This document shows positions 26,824 through 36,495 of a stretch of 64,000 nt of DNA, one piece after another. Position numbers and translations under genes: made by a program. The notes beneath the pieces were generated by a model. That model was not told where the DNA came from and did not search any database. It saw only the letters and a list, made by a program, of their open reading frames with translations. The DNA is taken from positions 22,190 to 86,189 of the forward strand of contig CAZVNZ010000010.1 of assembly GCA_964628515.1 (NCBI GenBank), written 5' to 3'. This DNA comes from an uncultured Christensenellaceae bacterium (GTDB lineage: Bacteria; Bacillota; Clostridia; Christensenellales; Christensenellaceae). Position 1 is the first letter of the stretch; each line of letters opens with the position of its first letter.

Positions 26824-27621
26824 ATGAATATTATGATAGTTGACGACGAACCTCTTTCTTTGGGGGATTTAATAAACGTTGTGGGGTCAGTTACAGACAA
26901 CAGCAGAATTGAAGGTTTCAGCTCGGCAGAGGAGGCAATGGAGTATGTTAAAACCAATTCGGTAGATGTGGCATTTTTGGATATAACCATGCCCGAGATA
27001 AGCGGAATACAGTTAGCCCAAAGTATTAGAGAAAAGCAAGAAAACACCAACATTATTTTTGTAACCGCATATCCCGATTACGCTCTTGAAGCCCATAAAA
27101 TGTACGTTGCCGGCTACCTTATGAAGCCTGCCACAAAAGAGGATATTATTACCGCCTTAAATAATCTGCGGTTTCCTTTAAATAAAGATAAAAAAAATAT
27201 AAAGGTGCGTACCTTTGGGGGTTTTGATGTATTTGTAAACGGCGAGCCCGTGCCCTTTGGGCGCTCCAAAGCAAAAGAGCTTTTGGCGTATTTAGTTGAC
27301 AGAAAAGGGTTTACCTGCTCTACACAACAAATAATTTCTACACTTTGGGACGGAGAAAACTTTACGGCAACCCAAAAAAGTCATTTGCGTAATATAATTG
27401 CGCAAATGCTTGCAACCCTAAAAAAAGCGGGTGCAGAGGAAATTATAATTAAAAGCTATAATTCTCTTGCGGTAGATACATCAAAATTTACCTGTGATTA
27501 TTACGATTTTTTGGAAAAAAAGCCGGAGGGCTTAAATCGCTATACAAGGGAATATATGTGCGAATACAGTTGGGCGGAATTTACCTTAGGTGTGCTTGAA
27601 GAGCGTATGAAGGTGGACTGA
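26824..27621 (+). CDS. response regulator: REC domain fused to OmpR/SARP-like winged-helix DNA-binding domain
   Basis: 265 aa. REC MNIMIVDDEPL...DVAFLDITMPEISG. The C-terminal part VRTFGGFDVFVNGEPVPFGRSKAKELLAYL resembles trans_reg_C/BTAD winged helix rather than the LytTR domain usual for LytS partners. The ATG overlaps the kinase stop. Confidence 0.75.
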   Translation: MNIMIVDDEPLSLGDLINVVGSVTDNSRIEGFSSAEEAMEYVKTNSVDVAFLDITMPEISGIQLAQSIREKQENTNIIFVTAYPDYALEAHKMYVAGYLMKPATKEDIITALNNLRFPLNKDKKNIKVRTFGGFDVFVNGEPVPFGRSKAKELLAYLVDRKGFTCSTQQIISTLWDGENFTATQKSHLRNIIAQMLATLKKAGAEEIIIKSYNSLAVDTSKFTCDYYDFLEKKPEGLNRYTREYMCEYSWAEFTLGVLEERMKVD

Positions 27622-27646
27622 TTTACAACAAGCGAGGTAAGGCAAA

Positions 27647-28699
27647 ATGGATTTGGAAATACGAGAGATGAAAGCACAAGAGGCGGACACCATACAAAAA
27701 TTAGGCAGACGCACCTTTGACGGCTTGGAAGGGTTGTGGGTACCCAAACCAAAAACCGCATTAGTAGGCATAATAGACGGAGAAATTGCAGGAGCATTGA
27801 TATATAAAATCATACAAACCAAAAGCAAAATAATAGGCTATTTGGATTACGGTTTTGTGGCTAAAAAATTTCATAATATGGGGATTGGTGGCAAACTTTA
27901 TGCAGAGGGTACAAAGCGGTTAGGGGAGCTTGGCTGCCAAAACTGCTTTGCGGAAGTAAAGGACGACAACATAGGCTCTTTTGGGCTGTTACTTAAAAAC
28001 GACTATAAAAGAGCAAGTTTTTTAGAGGTTATAAAAACAATAGGGCTAAAAGCAATGCTTAAAAGCTATTTTGCAACCCCCACCTACATTGCCTGCGGAA
28101 TGGAAACCTACATAACTCCACGCACTAATGTAGTGTACAAAGAAAAAAATAGCACAATATTGCAAATTTTGCTTTTTTTGGTGATTAATGTTATAGTGGG
28201 CGGATTTGCATACGAAAAAGGAATTAACGGTGGTTTTTTTGGAGCTTTATTTATTTACTACGGCGGAAGTATTTTAGTTGGGTTTATACACACAATATTT
28301 ACCAAACGCAGTTGGCAGTTTAGGTTAAACAACGGAGGTTTGGTGATTTCTCTAATCATTACCGCATTTTTAGCACCCTTTCCCATGAATGCCGGGTGGT
28401 ATCCCAAAAAATACGAAAACACAAAGGAGTGTACACGAGATTTAGGGGTAAATGCCTTAGTTAAATGGCTCTATACTTTGGTTTTAGCGTCTCTTGCCTT
28501 AATAGTGGGATGTAGTGCGCCTGTATTAATAAGTTTATGCAGTATTTCCACCATATTTTTAATCTACCATATTTTAGCCTTCTACCCCTTCGAGTCTATT
28601 GGGGGAAAACGTGTGCTAAGCTGGAATAAAACCCTTTTTGTTGTATTGTGCATAGTCTCCGCCCTGTTGGTTGGGACAAACTTAATTGTTGTTATGTAG
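27647..28699 (+). CDS. GNAT family N-acetyltransferase fused to a C-terminal multi-TM membrane domain
   Basis: 350 aa. N-terminal 130 aa carries GNAT motifs (...YGFVAKKFHNMGIGGKLY...). The remaining 200 aa contain about 6 predicted TM helices. Confidence 0.6.
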   Translation: MDLEIREMKAQEADTIQKLGRRTFDGLEGLWVPKPKTALVGIIDGEIAGALIYKIIQTKSKIIGYLDYGFVAKKFHNMGIGGKLYAEGTKRLGELGCQNCFAEVKDDNIGSFGLLLKNDYKRASFLEVIKTIGLKAMLKSYFATPTYIACGMETYITPRTNVVYKEKNSTILQILLFLVINVIVGGFAYEKGINGGFFGALFIYYGGSILVGFIHTIFTKRSWQFRLNNGGLVISLIITAFLAPFPMNAGWYPKKYENTKECTRDLGVNALVKWLYTLVLASLALIVGCSAPVLISLCSISTIFLIYHILAFYPFESIGGKRVLSWNKTLFVVLCIVSALLVGTNLIVVM

Positions 28700-28740
28700 G
28701 GTGGGTATTCTTTGCTAATCATCACCATAAAAATAAAAAA

Positions 28741-28785
28741 CCGTTGAGCATACCTAAATTTGTATACCCAACGGAGTTTATTTAT
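28741..28785. terminator. hairpin terminator (ccgttg...caacgg stem followed by T-rich tract) serving convergent genes
   Basis: The inverted repeat 28741-28746 / 28769-28774 is followed by agtttatttatc. It lies between a plus-strand stop (28699) and a minus-strand stop (28796). Confidence 0.4.
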
Positions 28786-28795
28786 CAACAAAAAA

Positions 28796-29941
28796 TTACA
28801 TATCCACCCATACGTTGCCTGCCTCTTGGCTGTCCACGCATTTGTTAAAGAAGTTTACGCCCTCTATGCCCATATCTATGGTGGGGTAGCCGTAATCTTC
28901 CTCATTTACAGCTTTGCCTGCTTTTTTGTCCGTAAGCGCGGCGGTAAAGGACTTGTAAATGTTTGCAAAAGCTTCCGTTAAGCCTTCGGGGTGTCCACAT
29001 GGCACTCTGTTGTACTCGAGGGCCTCGGGTGTCATGTATTTTGAGCCACGGGAGTACACTCTTGCAGGCTCGCCTCTTAAATACACGATTAAACTGTTGT
29101 TTTCTTCCTGTTTAAACTCAATGGTGCCTTTATCCCCTAAAATCCGCACTTTTAGTGCGTTGTCAAAGCCTATTGCCACTTGGGATGTCCAGTACATGCC
29201 TGTTGCACCGTTATCGAATTTTACCAGCACTTCCACATTGTTATCAAGCACTCCGCCCTTGCCGAAAACGTCTAAATTAGCGCATAATTTGGTGATTTTT
29301 AGCCCTGTAACGTAGTTTACCCAGTTTTCTATATGTGTGCCTAAATCCGCAACGGCGGCACCTCTGCCTGAAAGTGCAGGGTCTGCACGCCAAGGCTTGT
29401 TGTCCTCCGTAATCGTTTCTAAAGTATCAAGCAACCAGTCTTGAGGATACTCCGCAATTACCATGCGTACATCGCCTATTAGCCCATTTTTGAAAATCTG
29501 ACGTGCCTCCCTCGTCATAACATGCCCTGTATAGGTGTAAGTTACGCAAAACAAGCAACCGTTTGCTTTTGCGATTTGCTTTAAATCTTCCCCTTGTTCT
29601 ACCGTAAAGCAAAGAGGCTTTTCGCAAGAAACGCTTATTCCTTGTTCTAAAAATGCTTTTGCAACAGGGTAGTGAAAGCGGTTGGGAGTTACTATTACCA
29701 CAAAATCGATTTTATCTGCTCTTTGCCCCTCTTTTGTTGCCATTTCTTCAAAGGTGTAGTAGTTTCTGCTTTTATCTATGGCATACTCTTCTCCTGCCTG
29801 CACAATTTCTTCCTCTATGTTGGAAAAACATCCGCAAACAAGCTCCGCTTGGTCGTTAATACGAAGTGCCGCTCTGTGTACCGCTCCTATAAATGCACCC
29901 GGACCACCGCCTACCATTCCGTATGTGAGTTTTTTATTCAT
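28796..29941 (-). CDS. Gfo/Idh/MocA family NAD(P)-dependent oxidoreductase
   Basis: 381 aa. Rossmann N-terminus LTYGMVGGGPGAFIGAVHRAA and the conserved EKP motif region (CEKPLCFT). Confidence 0.85.
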   Translation of the reverse strand: MNKKLTYGMVGGGPGAFIGAVHRAALRINDQAELVCGCFSNIEEEIVQAGEEYAIDKSRNYYTFEEMATKEGQRADKIDFVVIVTPNRFHYPVAKAFLEQGISVSCEKPLCFTVEQGEDLKQIAKANGCLFCVTYTYTGHVMTREARQIFKNGLIGDVRMVIAEYPQDWLLDTLETITEDNKPWRADPALSGRGAAVADLGTHIENWVNYVTGLKITKLCANLDVFGKGGVLDNNVEVLVKFDNGATGMYWTSQVAIGFDNALKVRILGDKGTIEFKQEENNSLIVYLRGEPARVYSRGSKYMTPEALEYNRVPCGHPEGLTEAFANIYKSFTAALTDKKAGKAVNEEDYGYPTIDMGIEGVNFFNKCVDSQEAGNVWVDM

Positions 29942-30042
29942 ATTATTCCTCCTGTATTATTTTATTTATACGTATATATTTTACACTTATAAACACAAAA
30001 AAACAATATTATTTTTGCCGTAAATAAGTTATTATTCTACCC

Positions 30043-31119
30043 TTAAAATGTATTTAACCATTTTTCAAATTCTTCTAAAGAAAGTTTATCCGATACGCAA
30101 TTATCCCGCTTTTTACGGGCTTTTTTAGACCACTCGGTAAATTCGGATTTTGTGAGCTTGCCTGCACGCACCCTTGAGTTTAAACGCTTGTATGTCTTGG
30201 TGTAAATGCTGTACGCAGGATTATCCGATATTTTGCTTTTGTATTTCTTCATAGCGCCCACAAGTGCGCAGGTTTTGCTTGGGTCGTCCTTAATTATGCG
30301 TGTGCAATATTCCGAGTCCACTCTGCCCTCGGGTACAAAGTATTTGTTGCAGTTAGAGCAAGTCTTAACTATGGGGTTTTGCTCCATTAGCTTTATAAGC
30401 TCAAAACGTATAAGCGCCCAACCGCTGTTTAGAGCGTAAGTCTCGTATACATTGGCATTTTGAAAGCGCATACGGTCCGCCGCACTTGCAATATCCTCTT
30501 TTGCTACTTCAAAATTAACCGCATTGCCAAGTACGGAAATAAAAGGGTTGTTTTCCCAGTATATTGGGGTTTGTCCGTTTTTCTCCGCCCATTTTTCATA
30601 CAAATAAAATTTTTGAAGTTTGTTTAGTGTGCCATATACTCCTTCTTCGTTAATGCAAAATTCCAAATGCTTTTTCACATAGCTTTTCATACCTTCGGCA
30701 TGGAGGAGTATAGTTTTTTTAATGCAGTTAGAAATTAGGGAGGAAGGGTGGGTATTTGCGTTTTTTTCTTCTTTAAGTACGTATTCCGACTCTGTGGCAA
30801 ACCGTTTTCTAAATTCGTCAAAACCCTTTTTTAAACTGCCGTCGGGCAAAATGTACTCAAAATATAGTGAAATAAAATAAATTATATATATGTTTTCCGA
30901 TTTTAGTTTAGCCAATACTTGAGAAAAATCCGTAGCTTTGGCAAACTTTGCAATGTTTATTAACCGTGTAAATTCCTCTTCAAACTCCGTTTTTTCTTGG
31001 TACAAAAAATCCAAAAGTCCGTCGCCTATTCTAAAAGAGGCTAAGCGCTGTGCCTCTCCCGCATAATAAACAAGCATGTTATTTCCGTCAATTTTTACGC
31101 TGTAAGCCATATATTCCAC
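30043..31119 (-). CDS. hypothetical protein with C-terminal CxxC...C...C zinc-ribbon-like segment and lysine/arginine-rich tail
   Basis: 358-aa monocistronic ORF with its own upstream region and a terminator-flanked context. I recognise no family. The C-terminal motif is TCSNCNKYF...EYCTR...KTCAL...RDNCV. Confidence 0.5.
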   Translation of the reverse strand: MEYMAYSVKIDGNNMLVYYAGEAQRLASFRIGDGLLDFLYQEKTEFEEEFTRLINIAKFAKATDFSQVLAKLKSENIYIIYFISLYFEYILPDGSLKKGFDEFRKRFATESEYVLKEEKNANTHPSSLISNCIKKTILLHAEGMKSYVKKHLEFCINEEGVYGTLNKLQKFYLYEKWAEKNGQTPIYWENNPFISVLGNAVNFEVAKEDIASAADRMRFQNANVYETYALNSGWALIRFELIKLMEQNPIVKTCSNCNKYFVPEGRVDSEYCTRIIKDDPSKTCALVGAMKKYKSKISDNPAYSIYTKTYKRLNSRVRAGKLTKSEFTEWSKKARKKRDNCVSDKLSLEEFEKWLNTF

Positions 31120-31227
31120 TCCACTAATATTTTGAATTTACAGAAAATAGATAATTAATATATGTATAGTATATTAGACATACACTGTAATGTCAAGTAA
31201 TATGCACTTTTTTGGTTGCTGTAACTA

Positions 31228-31263
31228 TTAGAAACCGGCACAACTAATGTATAATTGTGCCGG
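31228..31263 (-). terminator. stem-loop terminator downstream of the flotillin gene (9-bp stem ccggcacaa / ttgtgccgg)
   Basis: Inverted repeat 31235-31243 / 31255-31263 immediately 3' of the flotillin stop, followed on the minus strand by TTTCT. Confidence 0.4.
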
Positions 31264-31271
31264 TATTAAAT

Positions 31272-32762
31272 TTATGCTTTTGCTGTTGTACTATCTGTGG
31301 GAGGTACTTCCGTTATGGGTGCGTCCACAATTTCCGCATTTAGTACGGGATTGCCCGAAACTTCGTCCTCGCCTATGGTTTTGCCTAAAAACTCGGGTAG
31401 TTTCATACCTGCCATTTCAAACATTTCGTTCATAGGGGGGATGCTCTTCATCAAACCGGATAAAAAGTTGGATGTAGAGGTTTTGTTGCCCTGTCCGCTT
31501 CCACTATCCCAAACGGTAACTTTGTCTATCTTTAGGTTGCTTATGGCGCTAACCTGTATGCGCATAAGCTCTTCCATTTTGTCTGCAAGCATTAGCATTA
31601 GGGCATCTTTGGCATTTCCGCCGGCGGCTTTTACTATTTGCTCGAAACCTTCTGCTTGTTTTACTAAAATTTCCTGCATACCTTTAGCTTCAGCTGCCAT
31701 TTTTGCATAAATGGCGTCCGCTTGACCGGCGGCTTCTTTACGCATTTTTTCTGCCTCTGCCTCGGCTGCAATGGAGATTTCTCTCTTTTTGATTTCCGCT
31801 TTAACAATTAAATCTGCCTCTAACGCTGCCTCTTCTTTGGCATAACGTGCAAGCTCTGCCGTTTTTTCCGCACCGTAGGCTTCCTCTAAGGCTTTTGCAG
31901 ATTGTACTTTTTCTGCCGCTATGGCTATTCTTAAGGCCTCCGCCTCTTGCTCTCTTAAAAGTGCGTTGGATTTTGCAATTTCAATTTGTGCGGTGTTTTC
32001 TCCCTTTATAGCAAGGGAATCCGCATTTGCAACCTCCACACGTTTGTCTCTGAAGGCATTTGCCTCACCAATGGAGCCGTCCCTTTCTTTTTCAGCCACG
32101 GATTTTTTAGCATCGTTGATTGCCTTTGCTGCCGCCTCTTTACCAAGAGCGGTAATGTATCCGCTTTCATCACTAATATCCGTAACATTAACGTTTATTA
32201 ATCTAAGACCGATTTTTTTAAGCTCCGTTTCTACGTTTCTTGAAACCGCCTCTAAAAATTTGTCTCTGTCCGTATTTATTTCTTCTATATCCATTGTGGC
32301 AATAATTAGCCTTAATTGCCCGAAAATAATGTCTTTGGAAAGCTCTTGAATTTCTGTAAGTTTAAGCCCTAAAAGCCTTTCTGCCGCATTTTGCATAATG
32401 CCTTGCTCGGTAGAAATACCAACGGTAAAACGAGAGGGTACGTCTATTCTGATATTTTGGCGGGAAAGTGCGCTTTTTAAATCCACAGAAATGGAAATGG
32501 GGGTTAAGTCTAAAAATTCGTAGGCTTGTATTACAGGCCAAATAAATGCCGCACCACCGTGTATACATCTTGACGACCTGGAAGTCCCATCGTTGTTTTC
32601 TCCGACTTTACCGTAAATAACCATAATTTTGTCCGAAGGGCATTTTTTATAACGTGTTAAAAAGATAAGCAACATTATAAATACCAATACGACAATAACG
32701 CATACCAATATTAGGGTTTCAAAACTCATAACAAATACTCCTATACTCTTAAAATTTAGCAA
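31272..32762 (-). CDS. floT: flotillin (SPFH/band-7 domain) family protein, FloT/YuaG-like
   Basis: 496 aa. N-terminal TM, an SPFH domain (...ISVDLKSALSRQNIRIDVPSRFTVGIS...), a long EA-rich coiled coil (AEAEAEKMRKEAAGQADAIYAKMAAEAKG) and a flotillin C-terminal tail. It is preceded by an NfeD gene, as in B. subtilis yuaF-yuaG. Confidence 0.75.
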   Translation of the reverse strand: MLNFKSIGVFVMSFETLILVCVIVVLVFIMLLIFLTRYKKCPSDKIMVIYGKVGENNDGTSRSSRCIHGGAAFIWPVIQAYEFLDLTPISISVDLKSALSRQNIRIDVPSRFTVGISTEQGIMQNAAERLLGLKLTEIQELSKDIIFGQLRLIIATMDIEEINTDRDKFLEAVSRNVETELKKIGLRLINVNVTDISDESGYITALGKEAAAKAINDAKKSVAEKERDGSIGEANAFRDKRVEVANADSLAIKGENTAQIEIAKSNALLREQEAEALRIAIAAEKVQSAKALEEAYGAEKTAELARYAKEEAALEADLIVKAEIKKREISIAAEAEAEKMRKEAAGQADAIYAKMAAEAKGMQEILVKQAEGFEQIVKAAGGNAKDALMLMLADKMEELMRIQVSAISNLKIDKVTVWDSGSGQGNKTSTSNFLSGLMKSIPPMNEMFEMAGMKLPEFLGKTIGEDEVSGNPVLNAEIVDAPITEVPPTDSTTAKA

Positions 32763-33393
32763 CTATTAAAGTATTGCCGTTTGCAATACCTGTAATTTTA
32801 ACCTCGGTGCCTGTGGGAATACTCTCCTCGCTGTCTGTAACAGCATCAAGCTCTACAAGTCTTTCCTGTATAAGTACGTTGATTTTTCCTGTATTAGAAC
32901 GCTTTGCAGGTATGGTAAGATATACAGAACCGCTTTTGCCGATGGCGTTTTTTATGTTAAGTGTGCCGTCGTTTTGTAGTTTTAGCATACTTTTTAGCAC
33001 TACTGCCATAACAAAAAGCGCAATAAATCCAAAAATAATTGCAAGGGCAACGGCAAGTACCGGTTGCGTATCCGCTTTTAGCATAATAAGCCCCGACCAA
33101 CCGAATATAGCAAAAAAAGCTATAATACCCTGTATTGTAAATAATTTTAAGCCGGAATCCACGGGGGGCGTACTGTCTTTAGCATCAATATCTAAATGTA
33201 CACCGTCGGGAGTAATATCTAAATCTACGGATGGGTCTATATTTACGTCCGTTGTTGCGCTGTCCGCACCGCCACTGTCTCCAAACCCTATTGCAAGCAG
33301 TACGATTTGTATAACAAGTAAAATTGTAGAAGCAATGGCAATAACCGCAAATATTTGTTGCGTAAAGTCCATAGATTGCCACCATTCAATCAT
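32749..33393 (-). CDS. NfeD-like membrane protein (YuaF-type, membrane anchor plus C-terminal OB-fold)
   Basis: 214 aa. Hydrophobic N-terminal two thirds and a C-terminal beta-rich domain. It overlaps the flotillin start by 14 nt. Confidence 0.7.
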   Translation of the reverse strand: MIEWWQSMDFTQQIFAVIAIASTILLVIQIVLLAIGFGDSGGADSATTDVNIDPSVDLDITPDGVHLDIDAKDSTPPVDSGLKLFTIQGIIAFFAIFGWSGLIMLKADTQPVLAVALAIIFGFIALFVMAVVLKSMLKLQNDGTLNIKNAIGKSGSVYLTIPAKRSNTGKINVLIQERLVELDAVTDSEESIPTGTEVKITGIANGNTLIVAKF

Positions 33394-33463
33394 AATAGTT
33401 CACCACCTTTGCCGTTATGTAATAATAATAGCATAAGTATTTGAATTTTGCTATATAAATTTA

Positions 33464-34027
33464 TTATAAAACATTTATTTCCGCAGCCCGCTTAACTTGC
33501 TCTATTGCAAGCTTAATTAATTGTTGGCAGGTAATAAGTTTGCCCGAGGCAATCCACTTAGACACAATTAGTGTTATTACATGGGCACGCAACTCAATAA
33601 TAAAATCCATATCCGGCTTATCGTATTTTTCTCCTGCAAAGAAGTCTTTATATTCTCTTATGATGCTACACATTGGGCTAAATAGGAGGTATGTTCTGTC
33701 AGCGCTTTGTAATAACTCTATTAAATCTGCGTGAATATCCCAAAATTCAATGGTTAGCCTAAGCATACTGCGTCCCATTGTTGGGTCCCCTCTGAAATTT
33801 TGTATAAAGTTTTGTAACATCTTAAACTTTTTATCTATTTCGTAAACCAAAACATCGTCTACGCTGTCAAAATTCCTGTAAAAAGTTGCCCTGCCAATGT
33901 TGGCGGTTTGAGTTATTTGAGTTATTGATATACTATCGTACGGTTTTTCTTCAAGCAGGCTTTTTAGTGCGTTAAATATGAGCTTGCTTGACTGCTTAGC
34001 TCTTTTGTCATTTTTAATGTGATACAT
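33464..34027 (-). CDS. TetR/AcrR family transcriptional regulator
   Basis: 187 aa with HTH ISITQITQTANIGRATFYRNFDSVDDVL. Confidence 0.75.
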   Translation of the reverse strand: MYHIKNDKRAKQSSKLIFNALKSLLEEKPYDSISITQITQTANIGRATFYRNFDSVDDVLVYEIDKKFKMLQNFIQNFRGDPTMGRSMLRLTIEFWDIHADLIELLQSADRTYLLFSPMCSIIREYKDFFAGEKYDKPDMDFIIELRAHVITLIVSKWIASGKLITCQQLIKLAIEQVKRAAEINVL

Positions 34028-34206
34028 GTTAAATCCCCTTATGTCTTTATTATTTTTTATCTAAATGTATGCAATGATTTCCGCAGTGCATACACTTTTC
34101 TCTGCAATTTGTCTCCTCTCGTTGAAGCTCTTTGTCCCTTTCTATTTCTTCCTTAAGTAATATATAACCCTCTTTGCTATCTACAAATATGTCTTTTTTG
34201 ATAACA

Positions 34207-36390
34207 TTATTCATTATCGGGATTTCCCTCCTGTGTGGGTGTAGGGGAGTTTATGGGCTCGTCCTCGGTATTAGAACTCCCTTTATTTTTGGTGATGGCA
34301 AGAGTACCGTCCATTACCGCTCCGGCGTAATCGTCCGGGCGTATCATGGCACGCATTATGTCAAACTTTGCGTTGCCCTCATTTGCTTTGGTGTCTATTA
34401 CCAGTGTATATATGTAGGGGGTTGCCTCCTCGTTGCTTATTGCAATAAACCAGCTTACCTCCCTTTTTTTGCCTATAACCGCCGTACCCGTTTTGCCCAT
34501 TACGTCCGAATCTTTTAAGTTGGCAGGGTAGCCTGTGCCGTCCACCATCACACGTCTTAAAGCAATTTTTTCCATTTCTATGGTGGAGGGTTGCATGGTG
34601 TTTTCCTTAAAGATGGTGGGGCTGTTTTCCTGCAAAACCTGCACAGCACCGTCTGTGGTTTTTTCTATCCGCTTTACAATGGAGGGGTTAAGCATATTGC
34701 CGTTATTCATAATTGCGGAGTACATAGAAGTCATTTGCAAAGGGCTTATTAAGAGTTCCCCCATGCCGTAGCCCATATCCGCAAGTATTTTGATGTTCAT
34801 TTCCGTACCCTCGTTTAGCAGATTGGATTTTTTTACGGGAAGCTCAAAGTTTGGCGCCTCTCCTATGCCTATTTTAGTCATATATGCCATAAAGTTTTCT
34901 ATACCCACCTGCATTGCATAGTAGGCAAAAAATATGTTATCCGAAGATTTTATTGCATATTCGTATATAAATTGATCCGGTTGAGAAAGCCTGTTAATAG
35001 TAGGATAATTCCATTTGTAGCCGTCATTTGCCGGATTCCACTTGTTATCGCTTATGGATAAATTAGGTGAGGAGCTGTCCGTTAAAATACCCGATTCTAT
35101 TGCAGGCACACCCGAAAACATCTTAAAGGTGGAGCCGGGGGCAAATGTGGATTGGGTAGCCCTTAAAATTAAGGGGTAGCCGTTTTCCTCATCGTTGTAA
35201 AACTTCCATAAATCCTCGGGAATCTTATAATTAAACAAATTATTGTCAAAAGACGGATAGGAAACCATGCCCACCACATCTCCTGTTTTGTAGTTCATAA
35301 CCGTTAAAGTGCCGGACTGCCCTTTGGTTAGGTTAGAGGCAAGGGCGGTGTAGGCTTGCTTTTGTACTTGGCTGTCTATGGTTAAAACTACGTCCGCTCC
35401 GTCTATTTTTTCGTCCTCATACAGCACCTCCTTAATGTTGCCCATATCGTCTTCGATATATAACATTCTGCCGTCTTTAGAGCGCAACTGCTCCTCTAAG
35501 GCGCCCTCTATGCCAAACTGCCCCACCAAAGAGCTTTCCGTAATGCCGTAATCTTTATATTGCTCTATTTGTGCCTCGGTTGGAGAGCCTATATACCCTG
35601 CCACATGAGCGGCCGCATCCTTTAGGGGATAGTATCTAAGGGGTGAGTGCCTCTCCTCGTCCACTAATAGCCCCGGTATTGCCGATATGGCGGTTTGTTG
35701 TTCTACCGTTAGAGAATCTTTAGGGAAAACGGCAAATACTTCTAAAGAAAATCCATTTTCCAGCGCATTATCGTATTTTTTTTGCACTACTTCTTTTGCA
35801 ACATCGTAGTTGGTGTACAAAAATTCCTTTATTTGTTCAATATCGTGGGTTTTTTCTAAATCTAAGCAAATACTTTGTGCGTAGTCGTTTTTTGCAAGCA
35901 ATTCGCCGTCTATGGAAAATATTTCCCCTCTTTTACCTGTTTGAGAGATGTTTATTACTTTGTCTCCCTCTTCAAGTTGGGGTAAAATTAAGCTTGGGGT
36001 GTAAATAACGTTATAGCCGTTTGGCCCTGCCACAATATCTGCCTCAAAGTTATAGGATTTTGCGCCTATAAGTTTGCTGTCCATTTTTAGCGAATATTTT
36101 AACTTGTACTCCGTTTCGGAAATTTTTTCCACATTTCTGGAAAGTAGGGAAATATCCCCTATTTGCAAAACATCGTAAATATTTGTATACCTTGTGGTAA
36201 AATCTCCCTTATTTTGAACATCAGGAGAAAAGGAGTATATATAATTGTATGCTTCCTCGTAATTTTTTTCCGTAAGCTTTTGTACAAACGCATAACCTGT
36301 TGTTGCCGCCCCATCCGTATATTGCTGACATCCCGTTAGTAAAATCGTAATTACAAACAAGGGTAGAAATATGTATACTATTTTTTTCAT
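34207..36390 (-). CDS. class B penicillin-binding protein (lipoprotein; NTF2-like MecA_N-type N-terminal domain plus PBP dimerisation plus transpeptidase)
   Basis: 727 aa with lipobox LLTGC. Transpeptidase motifs STFK (SxxK), SSDN (SxN) and KTGTA (KTG). Confidence 0.8.
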   Translation of the reverse strand: MKKIVYIFLPLFVITILLTGCQQYTDGAATTGYAFVQKLTEKNYEEAYNYIYSFSPDVQNKGDFTTRYTNIYDVLQIGDISLLSRNVEKISETEYKLKYSLKMDSKLIGAKSYNFEADIVAGPNGYNVIYTPSLILPQLEEGDKVINISQTGKRGEIFSIDGELLAKNDYAQSICLDLEKTHDIEQIKEFLYTNYDVAKEVVQKKYDNALENGFSLEVFAVFPKDSLTVEQQTAISAIPGLLVDEERHSPLRYYPLKDAAAHVAGYIGSPTEAQIEQYKDYGITESSLVGQFGIEGALEEQLRSKDGRMLYIEDDMGNIKEVLYEDEKIDGADVVLTIDSQVQKQAYTALASNLTKGQSGTLTVMNYKTGDVVGMVSYPSFDNNLFNYKIPEDLWKFYNDEENGYPLILRATQSTFAPGSTFKMFSGVPAIESGILTDSSSPNLSISDNKWNPANDGYKWNYPTINRLSQPDQFIYEYAIKSSDNIFFAYYAMQVGIENFMAYMTKIGIGEAPNFELPVKKSNLLNEGTEMNIKILADMGYGMGELLISPLQMTSMYSAIMNNGNMLNPSIVKRIEKTTDGAVQVLQENSPTIFKENTMQPSTIEMEKIALRRVMVDGTGYPANLKDSDVMGKTGTAVIGKKREVSWFIAISNEEATPYIYTLVIDTKANEGNAKFDIMRAMIRPDDYAGAVMDGTLAITKNKGSSNTEDEPINSPTPTQEGNPDNE

Positions 36391-36495
36391 TTATCTTCCA
36401 TTCTTAGTTATTTTTATTGATTTGCGTTACACAAACCTGTAATACTATTCCATAACATTATACTATTTTTTTTTTATTTTGCAAAGTGGTATATT

